From: Camelus ferus
Taxonomy: Eukaryota
DNA length: 64,000 nt
Direction of reading: 5' to 3'
NCBI RefSeq assembly: GCF_009834535.1
Contig: NC_045696.1
Span: forward strand, 66,590,001 to 66,654,000
Below, in pieces: positions 26,352 to 38,945 of the stretch. Below the pieces are notes generated by a model. That model was not told where the DNA came from. It made no database searches and saw only the letters and a program-made list of their open reading frames with translations. Position 1 is the first letter of the stretch, and the number at the start of each line of letters is the position of its first letter. The position numbers were made by a program, and so were the translations under genes.

Positions 26352-27174
26352 TGTTTCAGTACACAGATTTCTCTTTTCATCTTCATATCATCCTGATTTT
26401 TCTTTATATCTACATATCATTATACTGTAATTTATTTCAAGTGTCTCCTTACTGATAAGCATTGTGTTGTTTGTAATATTTTACTATTACAATCAATGAT
26501 CAGATGAATAGTATTTTATGTATGTAATTTACAATTGTGCATAAATACCTACAGAGTAAATTTCTAGATGTACAATTGCTGCATCAAATAGTTTATTCAT
26601 TTGTAATTTTGACAGATGTTGCCAATTTTTTATCCACATGGAGTACAATTTTCATTGTTCATCAACAGAATATACTACCAAATTTTTAGATATTCCCTAA
26701 CCCATTAAGTGGAAATTGGTATTTCAATAACATTTGAATTTCCATTTATCTCACTGAGAAAGAGAGGGAGAGAGTGAGCATCTTTTCTTACGTTTAAAAG
26801 TAATTAATAGCATTTGGCTTGCAGAAATTGGTCTTAGATATCACATTTGCAAATTCAGCTCAAAAATCAGAATTAACTCCAAAAATTCTGCTCTGTATTA
26901 AATAATATCAATTTTCAACAAACATCTTCGGGTGGAAGCTTTTGATAATTTATTGAAGACATGTAGCAGCGTAGAAGACCAATGTGAGTAGCTTTGGAAT
27001 ACCTGAAACTGTGTCCTTCCTTTCATCTGCAACTATTTCTGCTTCCTCTACTCAACTGTTCCCTTCATATTGATCATTTAATGCTGACTTCTCGTAGACA
27101 TGTTGAAGTAGCTCTTAAAAATTCCTGAGACCCACTGAGGCTGACTCTAATGCGGCAGCTCCTTGGTTTTTCAG

Positions 27175-27317
27175 TGGGTGAATATGTGAAGGCCTTGGAG
27201 TGTGCCAAGGCCTATCTTCTGCTCCATCCAGACGACGAGGACGTCCTGGACAACGTGGACTACTATGAGAGTCTGCTGGATGACGGCACCGACCCAGCGT
27301 CTGTTGAGGCCAGGGAG
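27175..27317 (+). CDS. P3H2: P3H2 coding exon 5 (143 nt), (V)GEYVKALECAKAYLLLHPDDEDVLDNVDYYESLLDDGTDPASVEARE
   Basis: tttttcag acceptor and gtgaga donor at 27318. Frame continuous. Confidence 0.97.
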
Positions 27318-27618
27318 GTGAGACCCATGTTCTGCTAGCAGCTCTGGGGAGAGCTGGTAAAAATATAACCCTTCTCTTAAAGACATGTAACCATTTAGTA
27401 AAGGTTCTAGGACTCAGTTCTTTCCAGCTTTAATGATTAAAGCCTGAAGTGTATTTTTTCACGTATGTGCTAGCTTGTGAAAATCTATGGAGACAGAGAC
27501 ATTTTTTGCTGCTGTGAATATTTTTTAGCACATTTGTTAACGTCTAAAGAAAAAATGTTTTCCACTTGAACATTTATTATATCAATTGTTATTTAAATAT
27601 ACTTTTTTTTTTCTGTAG

Positions 27619-27708
27619 GATTTGGCGATGTTTGTGAAGCGTCATAAACTGGAATCAGAACTAATACGATCAGGGGCAGAGGGCCTTGGATTTTCATACA
27701 CTGAGCCG
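27619..27708 (+). CDS. P3H2: P3H2 coding exon 6 (90 nt), DLAMFVKRHKLESELIRSGAEGLGFSYTEP
   Basis: Poly-T and ctgtag acceptor; gtaaga donor at 27709. Translated by hand because it is not in the ORF track. Confidence 0.95.
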
Positions 27709-27931
27709 GTAAGAGCAGAGAGGAGAGAGGGTTTGTTCTCTGGAAGAACTATTCAGTGGACTTCTTAAGTTTGATTTTATTTTCCAGCCCCATTTGTTGA
27801 AGATTCTAATTCCCCTGCCTCGCATTAATAAAACCTGGGAGGAGGGAGGTGTTTATTCTATATTTGTGATGAATTTTAAAAGACTTTAATAGTTTTCCAC
27901 ATCACTGAGGTCCCAAGTCAAAAGCAAGTAT

Positions 27932-28078
27932 CTTCTGTATAGCACAGGGAACTACCTTTAGTATCCTATAGTCACCTATAGTGAAAAAGAATATGAAAAT
28001 GAATATATGTATATGTATGACTGAAACATTATGCTGTATGCCAGAAATTAACACATTGTAACTGACTATACTTAAAAA
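27932..28078 (+). mobile_element. LINE-1 3' terminal fragment
   Basis: gcacagggaactac...cattgtaactgactatactt followed by an A-tail. TSD aaaagcaa(g/a)tat. Confidence 0.85.
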
Positions 28079-28149
28079 AAAAGCAAATATATTTTGCTAG
28101 GAAAGCAGTATTTTGTACATGATGCAATTACCTCAAGATTGTTTTATTT

Positions 28150-29070
28150 CCTAACTTCTGCATGCAACATTTTGTATTTTCTCTTCAACATTTCAAGCAT
28201 TAAGACTTTAAAAGAATAAAATCGATCATAATTGTACCACCCATCATGCTGTCTTTTCTCCACTTGTCCATGTTGCCTTTTAAACATTATTCATATGAAG
28301 ACATACCTTTTGTAGAACCAGTAACACAGTATAAATGGATTTTTATTGTGACTTTTATTTAAGATAGCATAGGCCATTTTTTATATCTTTACAGCTTTTA
28401 AAATTACTTTTAGCTACAAATTACTTTTAGCTACATCTATGTAGTTGATGTACAATAAATAAGTTAATTCTCCTGCTGCTGAACATTTGGTTTGTTTTGA
28501 TTCTTATGCCAAAATGAATGCATTAAGCATTTTTCTTTCCTATTGAACTATATCCATAGAATACATTCCCAGGAGTGGAATTACTCTGCCATCAAAGGAT
28601 ATAAGAAATTTTAAAATTTTTGAAATTGTTTTTCTAAGAGAGTTTTCTGGTATCTTCATTATTCCTAGCAATGCAAAGTTTAAAGTTTAAGGTACAGTTG
28701 ACCACAAATATCTCAGCAATGAGAAATAACATTTTAAACGTTTTTAAAATCATTAATATTTCTAATATATTATGTACAAAATGGTACATCATTGTCATTT
28801 TAGTTTATATTCCTTTGATGACCAGCAAAAATAAACTTTTCACAAATTATTATCAGTTTTTCCTCTCATTTGAATTACCTGGACATATATTTTGTTCATT
28901 TATCTGTTGGTTGCTATGTAAGTTCTTTATATACTGTACATGTTAATATGTTTACAGAAAGCACTATTTGTAATATACCTTATTTTTCACTTTTTAAAAT
29001 TTCTTTCTTAGTTGTGTTTTCATTGGCACATTTAAAAAATCATGGAAAATTTTAATGTACATTTCTAGTG
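28150..29070 (-). mobile_element. Ancient degenerate L1M(E)-like fragment
   Basis: Antisense L1 remnants (attcccaggagtggaattact, aaatggtacatcattgtcattttagtttatattcctttgatgac). Confidence 0.55.
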
Positions 29071-29557
29071 TAAAATTCCTAGTATGTTTATATCTGGCTT
29101 TAGTATTTTTTAAAAATTACGTTATCCCAGAGACCCCAGGACAACAATCACTTACTCACTTCATGATCCTGTGCAGATGATTAACCAAACTGGACTTTTT
29201 ATTTGTTTGTCTTATTTATAAAAGATAAAGGAGTTGTACTTAATGATCTTTTAAGTGTCTTCCCACCTCTAAATTCTAAATCACTTTCTTGGACAACAGA
29301 ATGGATACTCAGGCTAATTCCATGCTATTTTTTTTTCAGTCCATTTGTGTGTCATTTTGTCTTTGTCAAAGCTGCATCAACCTTAGCCTTCCTTTTTACT
29401 AAAATTTTAAATACTATATTGTAGCTTTGTATAACGTGCAAGTTTTCTAATATTTTAGGTCTTTTGAGTGTTTTAAGAATATATTTTATTTTATTTCTGT
29501 ACATGACATTTTAGTGACAAAATACTGAGGGTTTTTTTTTTTTTCAATTTCAAACAG

Positions 29558-29598
29558 AATTATTGGACTCGATACGGAGGACGGCAGGATGAGAATCG
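29558..29598 (+). CDS. P3H2: P3H2 coding exon 7 (41 nt), NYWTRYGGRQDEN(R)
   Basis: Poly-T and caaacag acceptor; gtaagt donor at 29599. Needed to keep exon 6 and exon 8 in frame. Confidence 0.93.
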
Positions 29599-30056
29599 GT
29601 AAGTTCTCCATTCGGAACACAAAATGCTTATTTTTAATGAGATGAAATACTTAGAGTTATACTTACTATAGAGAACTTAGCTCTGTGAAATAGTCAGAAG
29701 GATATGATTAAAAGGGCTCTGAACTGGGGATTAGTTCTGAGCTGGGAGTCTGCATTCTGGTCTCAATTTTCCCTTTACTTCTGAGGGTCCTTAAATAATT
29801 TATCTTCCTCTGGGGGTCTCATGTTTTTCCTCACAGCAAAAGGTTGAATCAGGTGATCTCTGAGGGCTAAATGTTATGTGATTTTAAATCAGAGAAAGTT
29901 GGATCTCTTTTTAATGCTGAATTTTCTTACTGAATTTCTTTGAAAGCATGAAGCTCAGAAAGTTTTATTGCAAGCTAAAATATGAGGTGTCATGAACTCA
30001 ATCAGATATGAAGAAAACTCACTTTTTAAAATGATGGATGTCAAAAGTCAATTACA

Positions 30057-30276
30057 AGATTTGCAGATACTAACTACTATATATAAAATAGATAAACAAG
30101 TTTATACTACATAGTACAGGGAACTATATTCACTATCTTGTAGTAATCTACAATGAAAAAGAATATGAAAGCAAATATATGGATGTATATGTATGACTGA
30201 ACTATTATGCTGTACACTAGAAATTGACACAACATTGTATATTGACTATACTTCAATAAAAAAATAAGTAAAAATA
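30057..30276 (+). mobile_element. LINE-1 3' terminal fragment
   Basis: gatttgcagatactaactac...gactatacttcaataaaaaaa. TSD aaaa(g/a)tcaa(t/c)taca (30043-30056 and 30277-30290). Confidence 0.88.
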
Positions 30277-31034
30277 AAAAATCAACTACACATTCTGAGC
30301 AGTTCAAGGAATCACAGACTGTTGAGGTTACTTGTTTGAGGTCAGAAGGTCCAGGCTATTCATTTTCAAATTCAGAAGCTGAGGCCCGGACAAAGGCAAA
30401 AGACTCAAAAGTGTCTCACCACGAAGGACTGACAAACCTAGGTCTTGTTCAAAATCTTGTGGTCTTTCTCTAAGCTCCAAAGGCTCAATGCCTGGGTGGC
30501 CTCAAACTATTGAAAGAGATCCAAGGATGTATGCACACATTTGGATTTGCTCAGTTTGCATACATGGAAGGGGCATCATGCTATTATGTGTATGTTTGCA
30601 AAGTTTGACACAAACTTGTGTCTTCTTTCCTGGAATAGTTGAGAATCACTACACTGGGACATGATTTATTTCAATTCGACCATTGTTTAGTGAGGCACTC
30701 TATATTCCAGACACCTAATATGACCCTCAGCATTATAAACATGTATATGATCATTCTTCCCTGTGCTGTTGATACTCAAAGTCTGATCTCAAGGGGGTTA
30801 TGTTATGGATACAATTAACTATAATAACTTCTTGCTGAGAAGATTTAGAGAAGTGAAATGGAGCACCCTCATTGAAGAAACAGAGAAGAGCTTCATGGAG
30901 GCAATGATGTCTGATTTGATCTCGAAAATGTACAAGAAAATAATCAGTATGAAGTCATAGACTGTCCTTTGCCTTTGAACATCTTTCTTGAATGGAAAAT
31001 TATTTCAACTCTTTTTTATTTTTTGAATGTGCAG

Positions 31035-31129
31035 GGTTCCTTCAGGAGTGAATGTGGAAGGGGCCGAAGTTCATGGATTGTCAATGGGGAAAAAGTCATC
31101 ACCCAAGATCGACCGAGACCTAAAAGAGG
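31035..31129 (+). CDS. P3H2: P3H2 coding exon 8 (95 nt), VPSGVNVEGAEVHGLSMGKKSSPKIDRDLKE(G)
   Basis: gtgcag acceptor and gtaagt donor at 31130. Phase 2 in, phase 1 out, consistent with neighbouring exons. Confidence 0.94.
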
Positions 31130-31874
31130 GTAAGTATCATTGCACTTTTACTCTTAGAAAGAGGAAATGAAGAGGCTGGGGCTTGACGAGTTCTTACCCA
31201 GAACAAGACAGAACCCATTTTCACTGAAAAATAAGGAATAGAACTAAATGACTCCAGTTCACAAAATTCTGGAAGCAAGGCTTAAAAACAAGACTGTCTC
31301 AGATGTCCATATAATTTCCTTGGTTGTCAACAAAAGTGCTTCCAATTCATTCAGAGGAATCCTGTGAGCTAGGCAGGGACTCTGCGATCATCGCTGTCCT
31401 CAGATGAGTACCTGAGGCTTGAAGAGGTTACATTGCTTACTTCTCTCACAGTCGTGTGTGAGAACATGGAATAGACTGTGTATTGGGGGAACTTGAAGAA
31501 CCTGGTCGCTCAGGTTATTGGATTAGTTAACCTGAGATCCTTGAGGCATATGTATCTGATCAGGGCTTTGAGAAACAAGTAGAATTTAGACTGGATTGAC
31601 AGAAGTGTGGAGGGAGCCATCAGAGTGGATAAAGCAACCACCACAAAGGCACAGAGATGGAGACAGCAGAACATTAGATGCCTGCTTACAGAATCTCAAA
31701 ATTACTGGAGACGTAGGTGGAGTGTTGCCAAAAGCAGCAAAGCAGCTTTTAAACAGAGCCAAATATTGTTGTAATAATAAATTATTAGCAAGTGTAGTTC
31801 TAACAGCAGTAGTTATCCTTAACAACTATCATCATCTCTATATGTTTTATAATTTTTCAAACAAATTTATACAC

Positions 31875-32012
31875 AATTCATTTTAATACTGGAAGCATCT
31901 CCTATGAAGTGTGTCCCCACTTCACAGGCAAGAAAACTGAGGCTCACCAAGATTTATGACTTGTCCAAAGTCTCACAGCTTTTAATAGGTAGAACAAGCT
32001 TTTGAACACAAA
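31875..32012 (-). mobile_element. MIR
   Basis: ccccacttcacaggcaagaaaactgaggctcaccaagatttatgacttgtccaaagtctcacagct. Confidence 0.7.
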
Positions 32013-33850
32013 CCTCATTTCCTCTTTTTCACCTGATGATGGAACATAGAAATGGCTATGTATACCAAATGTCTCCCCTACTGATTAAATAATTGCAAGA
32101 TGAGAAGAGGTTTTCAAGAACCTGCATTGAGAAAAAGTACAGTTCTTCTTTCCCCTACAAGAGAGCCGTCAGCACATTCCTCTAGCTGATTTGAAAACTT
32201 CTGGCTCTCTACAGCTCTCACATTTCCAGCCCTTTCCTTCCTCGGCTTCCAAGTCAGTTTGAGGCAGTAAACAGGATAATATGCTCATCTAATCTGACCT
32301 GGACCTCAGTTTGTAGTCACAAAGCCCAAGCTGTTTTACAAGTGCCAGAGGGCTTCATGGTCAGCCAGAGTTCATGTTGCTTTTTAAGCTGAGAAATCAC
32401 CCAGGAAGTATGTGCCAAGAAGCCAGCACTTTGCTATAAGGGTTTGGGAAACTCTAGGACAGTTGCCAAATTTCAAAGTCTTTTTCTCCCTGGCTACCAG
32501 AAGATTTGATGTTCAGCAACCGACTAGGAAGACTGATAGGAAGAGTAGAACAGGAGACGACACAGGATGGAGAAAGGTTGCGATTGACTGGTTACCAAAG
32601 TCTATCATCTCTGCAGCTGAATGGCTAACAGGTCTTAGGATGCTCTCTGGGACCCTACTGGAAAGCCTTCTGTGTAGTCTCTAGAGATCAAAATGGGGTC
32701 TAAATTAAGAACAGTGGTAGACAGAGGCAAAGTTCCTGACTAGAAAACACTTCACATCTTAGTCTGCTGAAAGCAGACGTCAAGGAGGCGAGAAGAATGC
32801 ATGCTTCACAGAGTAGAATATATGTCAGCTTCTCTCATCATCCACAAAGAGATCAGTCGTCTCCTCTGGTTACCTGCCAGTATTTAGTAGTATTCATACT
32901 GGATGGTTCCCAAGCATTAAAATGGGAGTGACCGAAAGCTCCTGCACCCCAGAGTGACTCGGGTCCATGGAAAATGCATGGCAACTTACTAAACCATCTG
33001 TCGCTTACTCATTCTTCTTTCAACCACCCGTTTTCCAAAGGTCCTGTTTGATAATAATCCCAGAGTCCGTGGGGGTGTAGCAGAAACTACTCTGAACTAG
33101 GACTCAGGAGGCTTAGTTCCCAGGATTGTCTTAGTCTGATGCTCTCCACAGGGATGGATAACCAGAGAGTCTTTCTCTCTGAGCTCTATACCCTCACCTG
33201 TGAAAGGAGGCTAGCAACTCTTTGGAGAGGATGAAAGTGAAAAGTTTTGTAAACTGTAAAGGGCTGTGTTCACAGAAAGGCTTGTTAGCATACTCCTGTC
33301 ATGACTTGTATGACATTGTGTTATTTATGGCAAAATATTTCTTCTTGCCACAAGCCATAAGCAGTGGACACAAAGGAGTATTTTCCTAGATGATTCCTCT
33401 CTATTGCAACTGGAGGATCAGAGCCAGGCACATACTTCATGAATGAGAGAAGAATTAAGTTGTTTAACTGAATCTCCTTGGGCTGTGGTTAAGAGTTGGC
33501 TGAAGTCATCATCAGCTCAGGCCCCAGGAACCACAACTTATTGGACTATATTTTTATTTTTGTTTTAATGTTTTTCTCTGTCTGGTGTGCTACTAGTCAT
33601 TTGTTGGCTGGCAGTCTTTGTTTCTGACTCGCAGGATTTATTTTCCCTTCTGTATTTTTTGTCCTTTTGGTGAGTGGGTAGACGGTTGATTTTTTGTTAA
33701 AAGTGTATGTGGGAAACCTTTGTATAAAACTGTATGCTTAGTGGTGGTCGTGCTAGTTACATGGAAGGCAGAGTTCTAGTACAGATTCTGCCTGAACCTA
33801 CTGAGGCTTTTTTTAGACTCTGTTAAGCTCTGTTCCTTCACCTGATCTTT

Positions 33851-34003
33851 CTTTTTTTTTAATTATTTTTTTCCTTTTTTTTTTTTAATTTTCAGAGGGG
33901 AGGTAATTGGGTTTATTTATTTTTAATGGAGGTATTGGGGATTGAACCCAGGACCTTGTGCATGCTATGCAAGCACTCTACCACTGCGCTACGTCCTCCT
34001 CCA
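33851..34003 (-). mobile_element. tRNA-Ala-derived camelid SINE (Vic-1-like), long-tail form
   Basis: Antisense tRNA-like head plus ggggaggtaattgggtttattt extension. Perfect 15-bp TSD cttcacctgatcttt (33836-33850 and 34004-34018). Confidence 0.9.
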
Positions 34004-34574
34004 CTTCACCTGATCTTTGGAAGTTACTTAGGGCGTGACTGAGGAAATTGTCAACATCCCAGTAGCCCTCTTTTAAATATACTCCACTATGCCAAATGCT
34101 TATTCAGATGTCTCAGTCAGAACTTAACACAAGATGCCAGGCATAGTTTACCAATTCAATAGTAATCATAATAATAGCAAGTACATCTACAGAGCTTAAG
34201 CATGGTTGGCATTTTTCTGAATGTTTTAGTTTTAAGTGTCTTTTAAAGTCATGTCTTGAACATAAGCTAAATATATTTAAATTAGTAATATACTCTCAGT
34301 ATAGAAAAGGGGAAAAATGGCCAAGTACAAACCGATCTAGATCATGAAGCCCTTGGTCTGTCTTCCATTTCTGTTTGAATTTTATACTAGAAAATGCTTT
34401 TCAGTGAACCTGCAAGTATCTTGTCTTTCTTGCTGAAGGAGCATCGCTCTTTATGTTTCTAAATGGAAATGGAATGTGTAGTTTGCTTTTGAATATTTGA
34501 GGAACTGCCTCAATTTGTCTCTGAGTCTGAACTATATAGACGAGAGCAACCTTTCCCAAACAAACTGTGTTTTG

Positions 34575-35097
34575 TGTTAAAAGTTTCGTTCTGTGCTGTG
34601 AAAAAAAAAATAGCATGAAGGCAGCTTACAGTAACACACATTTACTATCTCACAGTTTCTGTGGGTCAAGAGTCTGGCGGCAGCTTAGCTGGGTTCAGTG
34701 CTTCAGGGTCTGTCTCAGGGCTGAGGAACTGTCTTCTTCTATGCTCCGATGACTGAATTGGGTTCCTCAAGGCTGTTGGACTAGGAGCCTTAGTTTCTGG
34801 TTGGTTGTTGGCTGGCGGATGCCTTCAGTTCCTTGCCATGTGAACCTGTTCAATACGTCCTCTTGCTTCACCAGACTGCAAGCAGAGAAGGCAACAGATT
34901 GAACTGGTCGGGAAGATAGGAGTTGCAATTTTCTGTGATGCACTCCAAGAAGTGATAGCCCATCACCTGTGCCATAGCCTATTGGTTAGAAGCAAGCTCC
35001 AGGCCCCACCCACACTTAAGGGAAGCAAAGTACACAAAGCTATGAGTGCCACGAGGCGGTGATCTTTAGGGGCTGTCCTGGAGTCTCTCTCTGCCAT
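34575..35097 (-). mobile_element. MaLR solo LTR (MLT1F/G-like)
   Basis: catttactatctcacagtttctgtgggtcaagagtctgg...cttagctggg...ctattggttagaagcaag. Confidence 0.8.
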
Positions 35098-36660
35098 GGG
35101 AATGAAGAAGGGGGGAAGGAAGCAAGGAAGGAGGAACGGAAGGAGCGTGGATACTGTGCTCAACTAAGGGGGAGAACTGTTACCTATTATACCAATACTG
35201 AGGGTATTCATAATGCCTGTTCATGTATTAAATTTCCAAGAAGTCCTCTTAAATTTTTTGACCTAGTACTTCCCAAACACATTTGATCAAGAAACTCTTT
35301 TTTTCATCAAAAACTTTTCTGTAGAGCAAAGTTTGAGGAACATTGAATTGTAGGGAAAAATATATATATATATACATTTATTTTTCTATTCATCCAAAAG
35401 ATCAGTATTAAAACTGAGAGCTCGTGGATATATTCCTGGAATCCAGGACATTTTATATTTACAAATTTTGATGGCAATTTAAAAAATTAAGAGAGGCAAC
35501 TGTGGGTCCTCTGAATAACCAACTGATAGCCAAGTACTGCCATGAGGAGGCATACCTCCGTGGGAAGGGATGCAGTGACCGTCACGTTGGCATTGGTTAA
35601 TAATGCTTCAATGGACAAAGACGAATGACAAATGAAGTAGGACAAACTTATGAATAGTGTGTTAGGACCAGATGAGGGCCAGAATTCATCATGGTACACT
35701 AGGACTTCACAGCAGCTTCAAGAGCGAAGAGCTGTGAAAGACTGAGTCATCACACCCCACGAGCGCTCTAAGGAATGCTGGCTCGGAAGGCCGAGGGCCG
35801 GATCGCTGAGTAGAATATTCATGTGGAATGTTGCTTTTCAGTTTCCACAGCATAACGTTAACCATTGTATTCATATTGTTAATTTGAATTTAGTTGGTTT
35901 TATGCTCTTGCTTTTATTTAATCTTATAGATTGGCTTGGCTATTGTGGTTGTATGAAGCTATAAAAATAAATACTGTACTTATAGTTTTGTGACTGCAAA
36001 TGTGGAAGGGAAATTGCAGATCAAATGATTTGTCAGCCCTGGAGCTTCTTGGAGGAATTTATGTTTTAACAGCTAACCATGCGTTACCCCAGATGAGACA
36101 CATTGTCACATTATCTTAATATTCCATTGATCATGGGCAGTAGTGACTGTTTCATCCCAATTAGGCTGAGAATACTTAGTGCTGGTCCCTAGTTGGACTA
36201 ATCCTTTTTAAAGCTAAAGAGTAGACATCAGTTCCAATTGTCTCTTTCTCCATCAACGACATGTTTTAGACCAGTGTGCTGGTGACCATGGCTCGACTTG
36301 GGGAGGCTGGGAAGATCTGTGCCCTCCCCGCACCCCATGCCCTCCATGGTGAGCTGTTGTTGTTGACAGGTGCCTGTCAGGCCCCTTAGGAGTATTTTAA
36401 AGAGAAGAAAAGCAGTGTTTTTCTTTTCTATTTAGTTTTCTGATTCAAGGTGGTTGCACTCTGTTACATCTGAAGATTTCCTCACCATCAGAGGGTTTGT
36501 CCCTCAGCTCTGGTCTCTGTGTGGAGGTCTAGATTATGTAATTTCACCACCTAAAACAGAGCCCCAAAGCACCACCCTCTGAGGAATACGGGGCTAATTT
36601 CATAGAGTTGTGGGCTCTGTCCAGCGAGAGATCAGGTGCATACAGGAAACTCTCCTGTCA

Positions 36661-36663
<3 letters not shown>

Positions 36664-36697
<34 letters not shown>
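36664..36697. repeat. (AT)17 microsatellite
   Basis: Read directly from the sequence. Confidence 0.95.
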
Positions 36698-36701
<4 letters not shown>

Positions 36702-37337
36702 ATTTGCCCATAATGCAGAAAAGAATAAATATGCCAAAATCGAGACCATCTGGAGTCAGTAGGTCATGGAAAGAATTCTAGGAAGGAATCAGGTGACATG
36801 GATGTGACTGTCTTGATGTGCATTTACTCCCGGGATCACCGAGGGAGCAGACACTGCTCCAGATACCAGTGAAACTCAAGTGTGTCCATTGTGTCTGGGG
36901 ATGCAAACAGGTAAGCAAGTAATTGCATGAGATGTTGTACCAGAGGTAGGAACCGAGGGCTGTGGAGAAGGGGGGAGCCCAGCTGCTGAGAAAATTGTGG
37001 AATGTCTTCATGGAGGAGAACCTTATGAGGTGCCCAGTCTGCTTTGCAGGATCTTCACTGGAATCAAATGAGAAAATAGTTTCTCACTCTCAAAACACAA
37101 TACAAATGTGATCTATTATCTTGACATGATGGGGAACCAGGTAGCCAGACACCTGCCTTTTTCTTGAATCCGTATTGTGTTTCTCAAGCTCCCAAATTTG
37201 TGATTTGTCTTCGCATAAGTAAATATTCACAAGGAGACTGAGCCTCCTGAACTGCACATGCAAAGCTGTCGGGCGTTCTGTGCCTCCCACCTCGGGGACA
37301 GAGGTAACAGGGAAGACAACGTGCTCTGTCCCTTCAG

Positions 37338-37465
37338 GTGGCCCCCTGCTCTACGAGAACATCACATTTGTCTACAACTCGGAGCAGCTCAACGGGACTC
37401 AGCGCGTCCTCCTGGATAACGTGCTGTCGGAAGAACAGTGCCGGGAGCTGCACAGCGTGGCCAGT
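37338..37465 (+). CDS. P3H2: P3H2 coding exon 9 (128 nt), GPLLYENITFVYNSEQLNGTQRVLLDNVLSEEQCRELHSVAS
   Basis: ccttcag acceptor and gtgagg donor at 37466. Start of the dioxygenase domain; NIT and NGT sequons. Confidence 0.96.
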
Positions 37466-38030
37466 GTGAGGACCCGGGAGCCCCACCGTGCTGGCCTGGC
37501 CTGAGCCTGCGAGTGCTTTGGTCCTGGGCTTACTTGGAGCCAGGGAACCGGGCTTCAGATCACTTTCTTCAGGAGAAGGGCACTGATTGCTGGAGGCACC
37601 TTCATCGCCTTTGGGTTGGGATGATTGTAGTTCTGTCCAGATCAGGACATTGCTATTGGGTCTGGAAGAGCTAGTGGCTTAATTCCTAGGACAACAGTAT
37701 CCATCACGTGCCCTGCCTATCATACAAAGTTGCTGGGAAAATCTCTTTTATTTTGATCAATAATTAACCAGCCTATTCATTATTTCTATTCTGCCTATTT
37801 CTACAAAAAAGTGGTGGTGGCATTTTCTAATGAAAATGTAAGGTGGAAGTTAAATAAAGACCCCTCTTTGGATTGAAAGGATGAGCGATCCCGGGGTGCT
37901 GGGATAAAACGGGGGTGATTCTGAGCCTTCACTTTGGTGCTCAGCTTTCTGGTAGTTGAGGCAGAAGGGGAGACCTGATGAATTCATAAGCAGTTGTCAT
38001 TAATGAGGCATCTCCTTATTTTGCTTCCAG

Positions 38031-38126
38031 AACATCATGCTTGTTGGTGATGGATACAGAGGAAAAACTTCACCCCATACACCCAACGAAAAGTTTGAAG
38101 GTGCAACTGTCCTGAAAGCACTCAAA
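38031..38126 (+). CDS. P3H2: P3H2 coding exon 10 (96 nt), NIMLVGDGYRGKTSPHTPNEKFEGATVLKALK
   Basis: ttccag acceptor and gtaaag donor at 38127. Contains the P3H-family GDGY..SPHTP.E.F.G motif. Confidence 0.96.
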
Positions 38127-38683
38127 GTAAAGTCTTTACTTCTCTTGGATTTGAATTCCTAAGTGTCCATCCAGGACCTTCTGTGAAGAGCAGATATGGA
38201 GACGAGTTTAGGATAGAGGCCTATCAGGTCCCTGAAGGGAGCGAGTATGAAATGGCACCTTCGTTGTTTTTGATCATTCCTTTTTTCCTTCATTCAGTCA
38301 CCAAATTATCAAACTTTATATTTTCTAAATTTGTATCTGATAAATAATATACAGCCCCTCACCGCATTCTCAAAGAACTCAAGGTCTAATGGTGCGAACA
38401 AATTCAAAGGAGTAATTATTCTGCAAGAAGTGTTGTTGCAGAGGAGGAAGGAAAGTGTCCCGACAGAACTGAAGAGGGGGTGGTGAGCTCCTAACCTTCC
38501 CTCTGGGATTAGACTTATTTCAGTGGCTCGTTTTCCATTTCCAACATCCCCAGGTACATAGTAGTATTCTCACTAGCTGGTAAAGAGGTGAGCATCCTGT
38601 ATTGGCTTAATACAACTTAGCGTCTGTTTTCCTCCAGGCTTCTGATCAGCCCGGTGGTTTCTAATGTTCTTCCTTGTCTGCAG

Positions 38684-38834
38684 TTCGGCTATGAAGGTCG
38701 AGTCCCCCTGAAGAGTGCCCGTCTGTTCTATGACATCAGCGAGAAGGCACGGAAGATTGTAGAATCCTATTTCATGCTGAACTCAACCCTGTATTTTTCC
38801 TACACACACATGGTCTGCCGAACAGCCCTGTCTG
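38684..38834 (+). CDS. P3H2: P3H2 coding exon 11 (151 nt), FGYEGRVPLKSARLFYDISEKARKIVESYFMLNSTLYFSYTHMVCRTALS(G)
   Basis: ctgcag acceptor and gtgaga donor at 38835. Contains the LYFSYTH.VCRTA family motif. Confidence 0.97.
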
Positions 38835-38945
38835 GTGAGATTCCAGAGTTCCTTTCTACCCACAGTGAGATGAGAAAGAAAACAATGCAGAACAAAGCTC
38901 TCTTAACATTTCAGGCTAAGGGTTTAGAAGAGTTCTATATTTCTA

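Larger units (their letters stand above)
25990..26800 (-). mobile_element. Ancient degenerate L1M(E)-like fragment, interrupted by a CA repeat and MADE2
   Basis: AT-rich with antisense L1 remnants (aatttctagatgtacaattgctgcatcaaa, ttttgacagatgttgccaa). Confidence 0.55.

Noticed and set aside
35480..36040. Possible processed-pseudogene or transposase remnant with AATAAA
   Set aside because: No ORF, poly(A) tail or TSD, and no parent gene recognised. A Dfam or BLAST search is needed.
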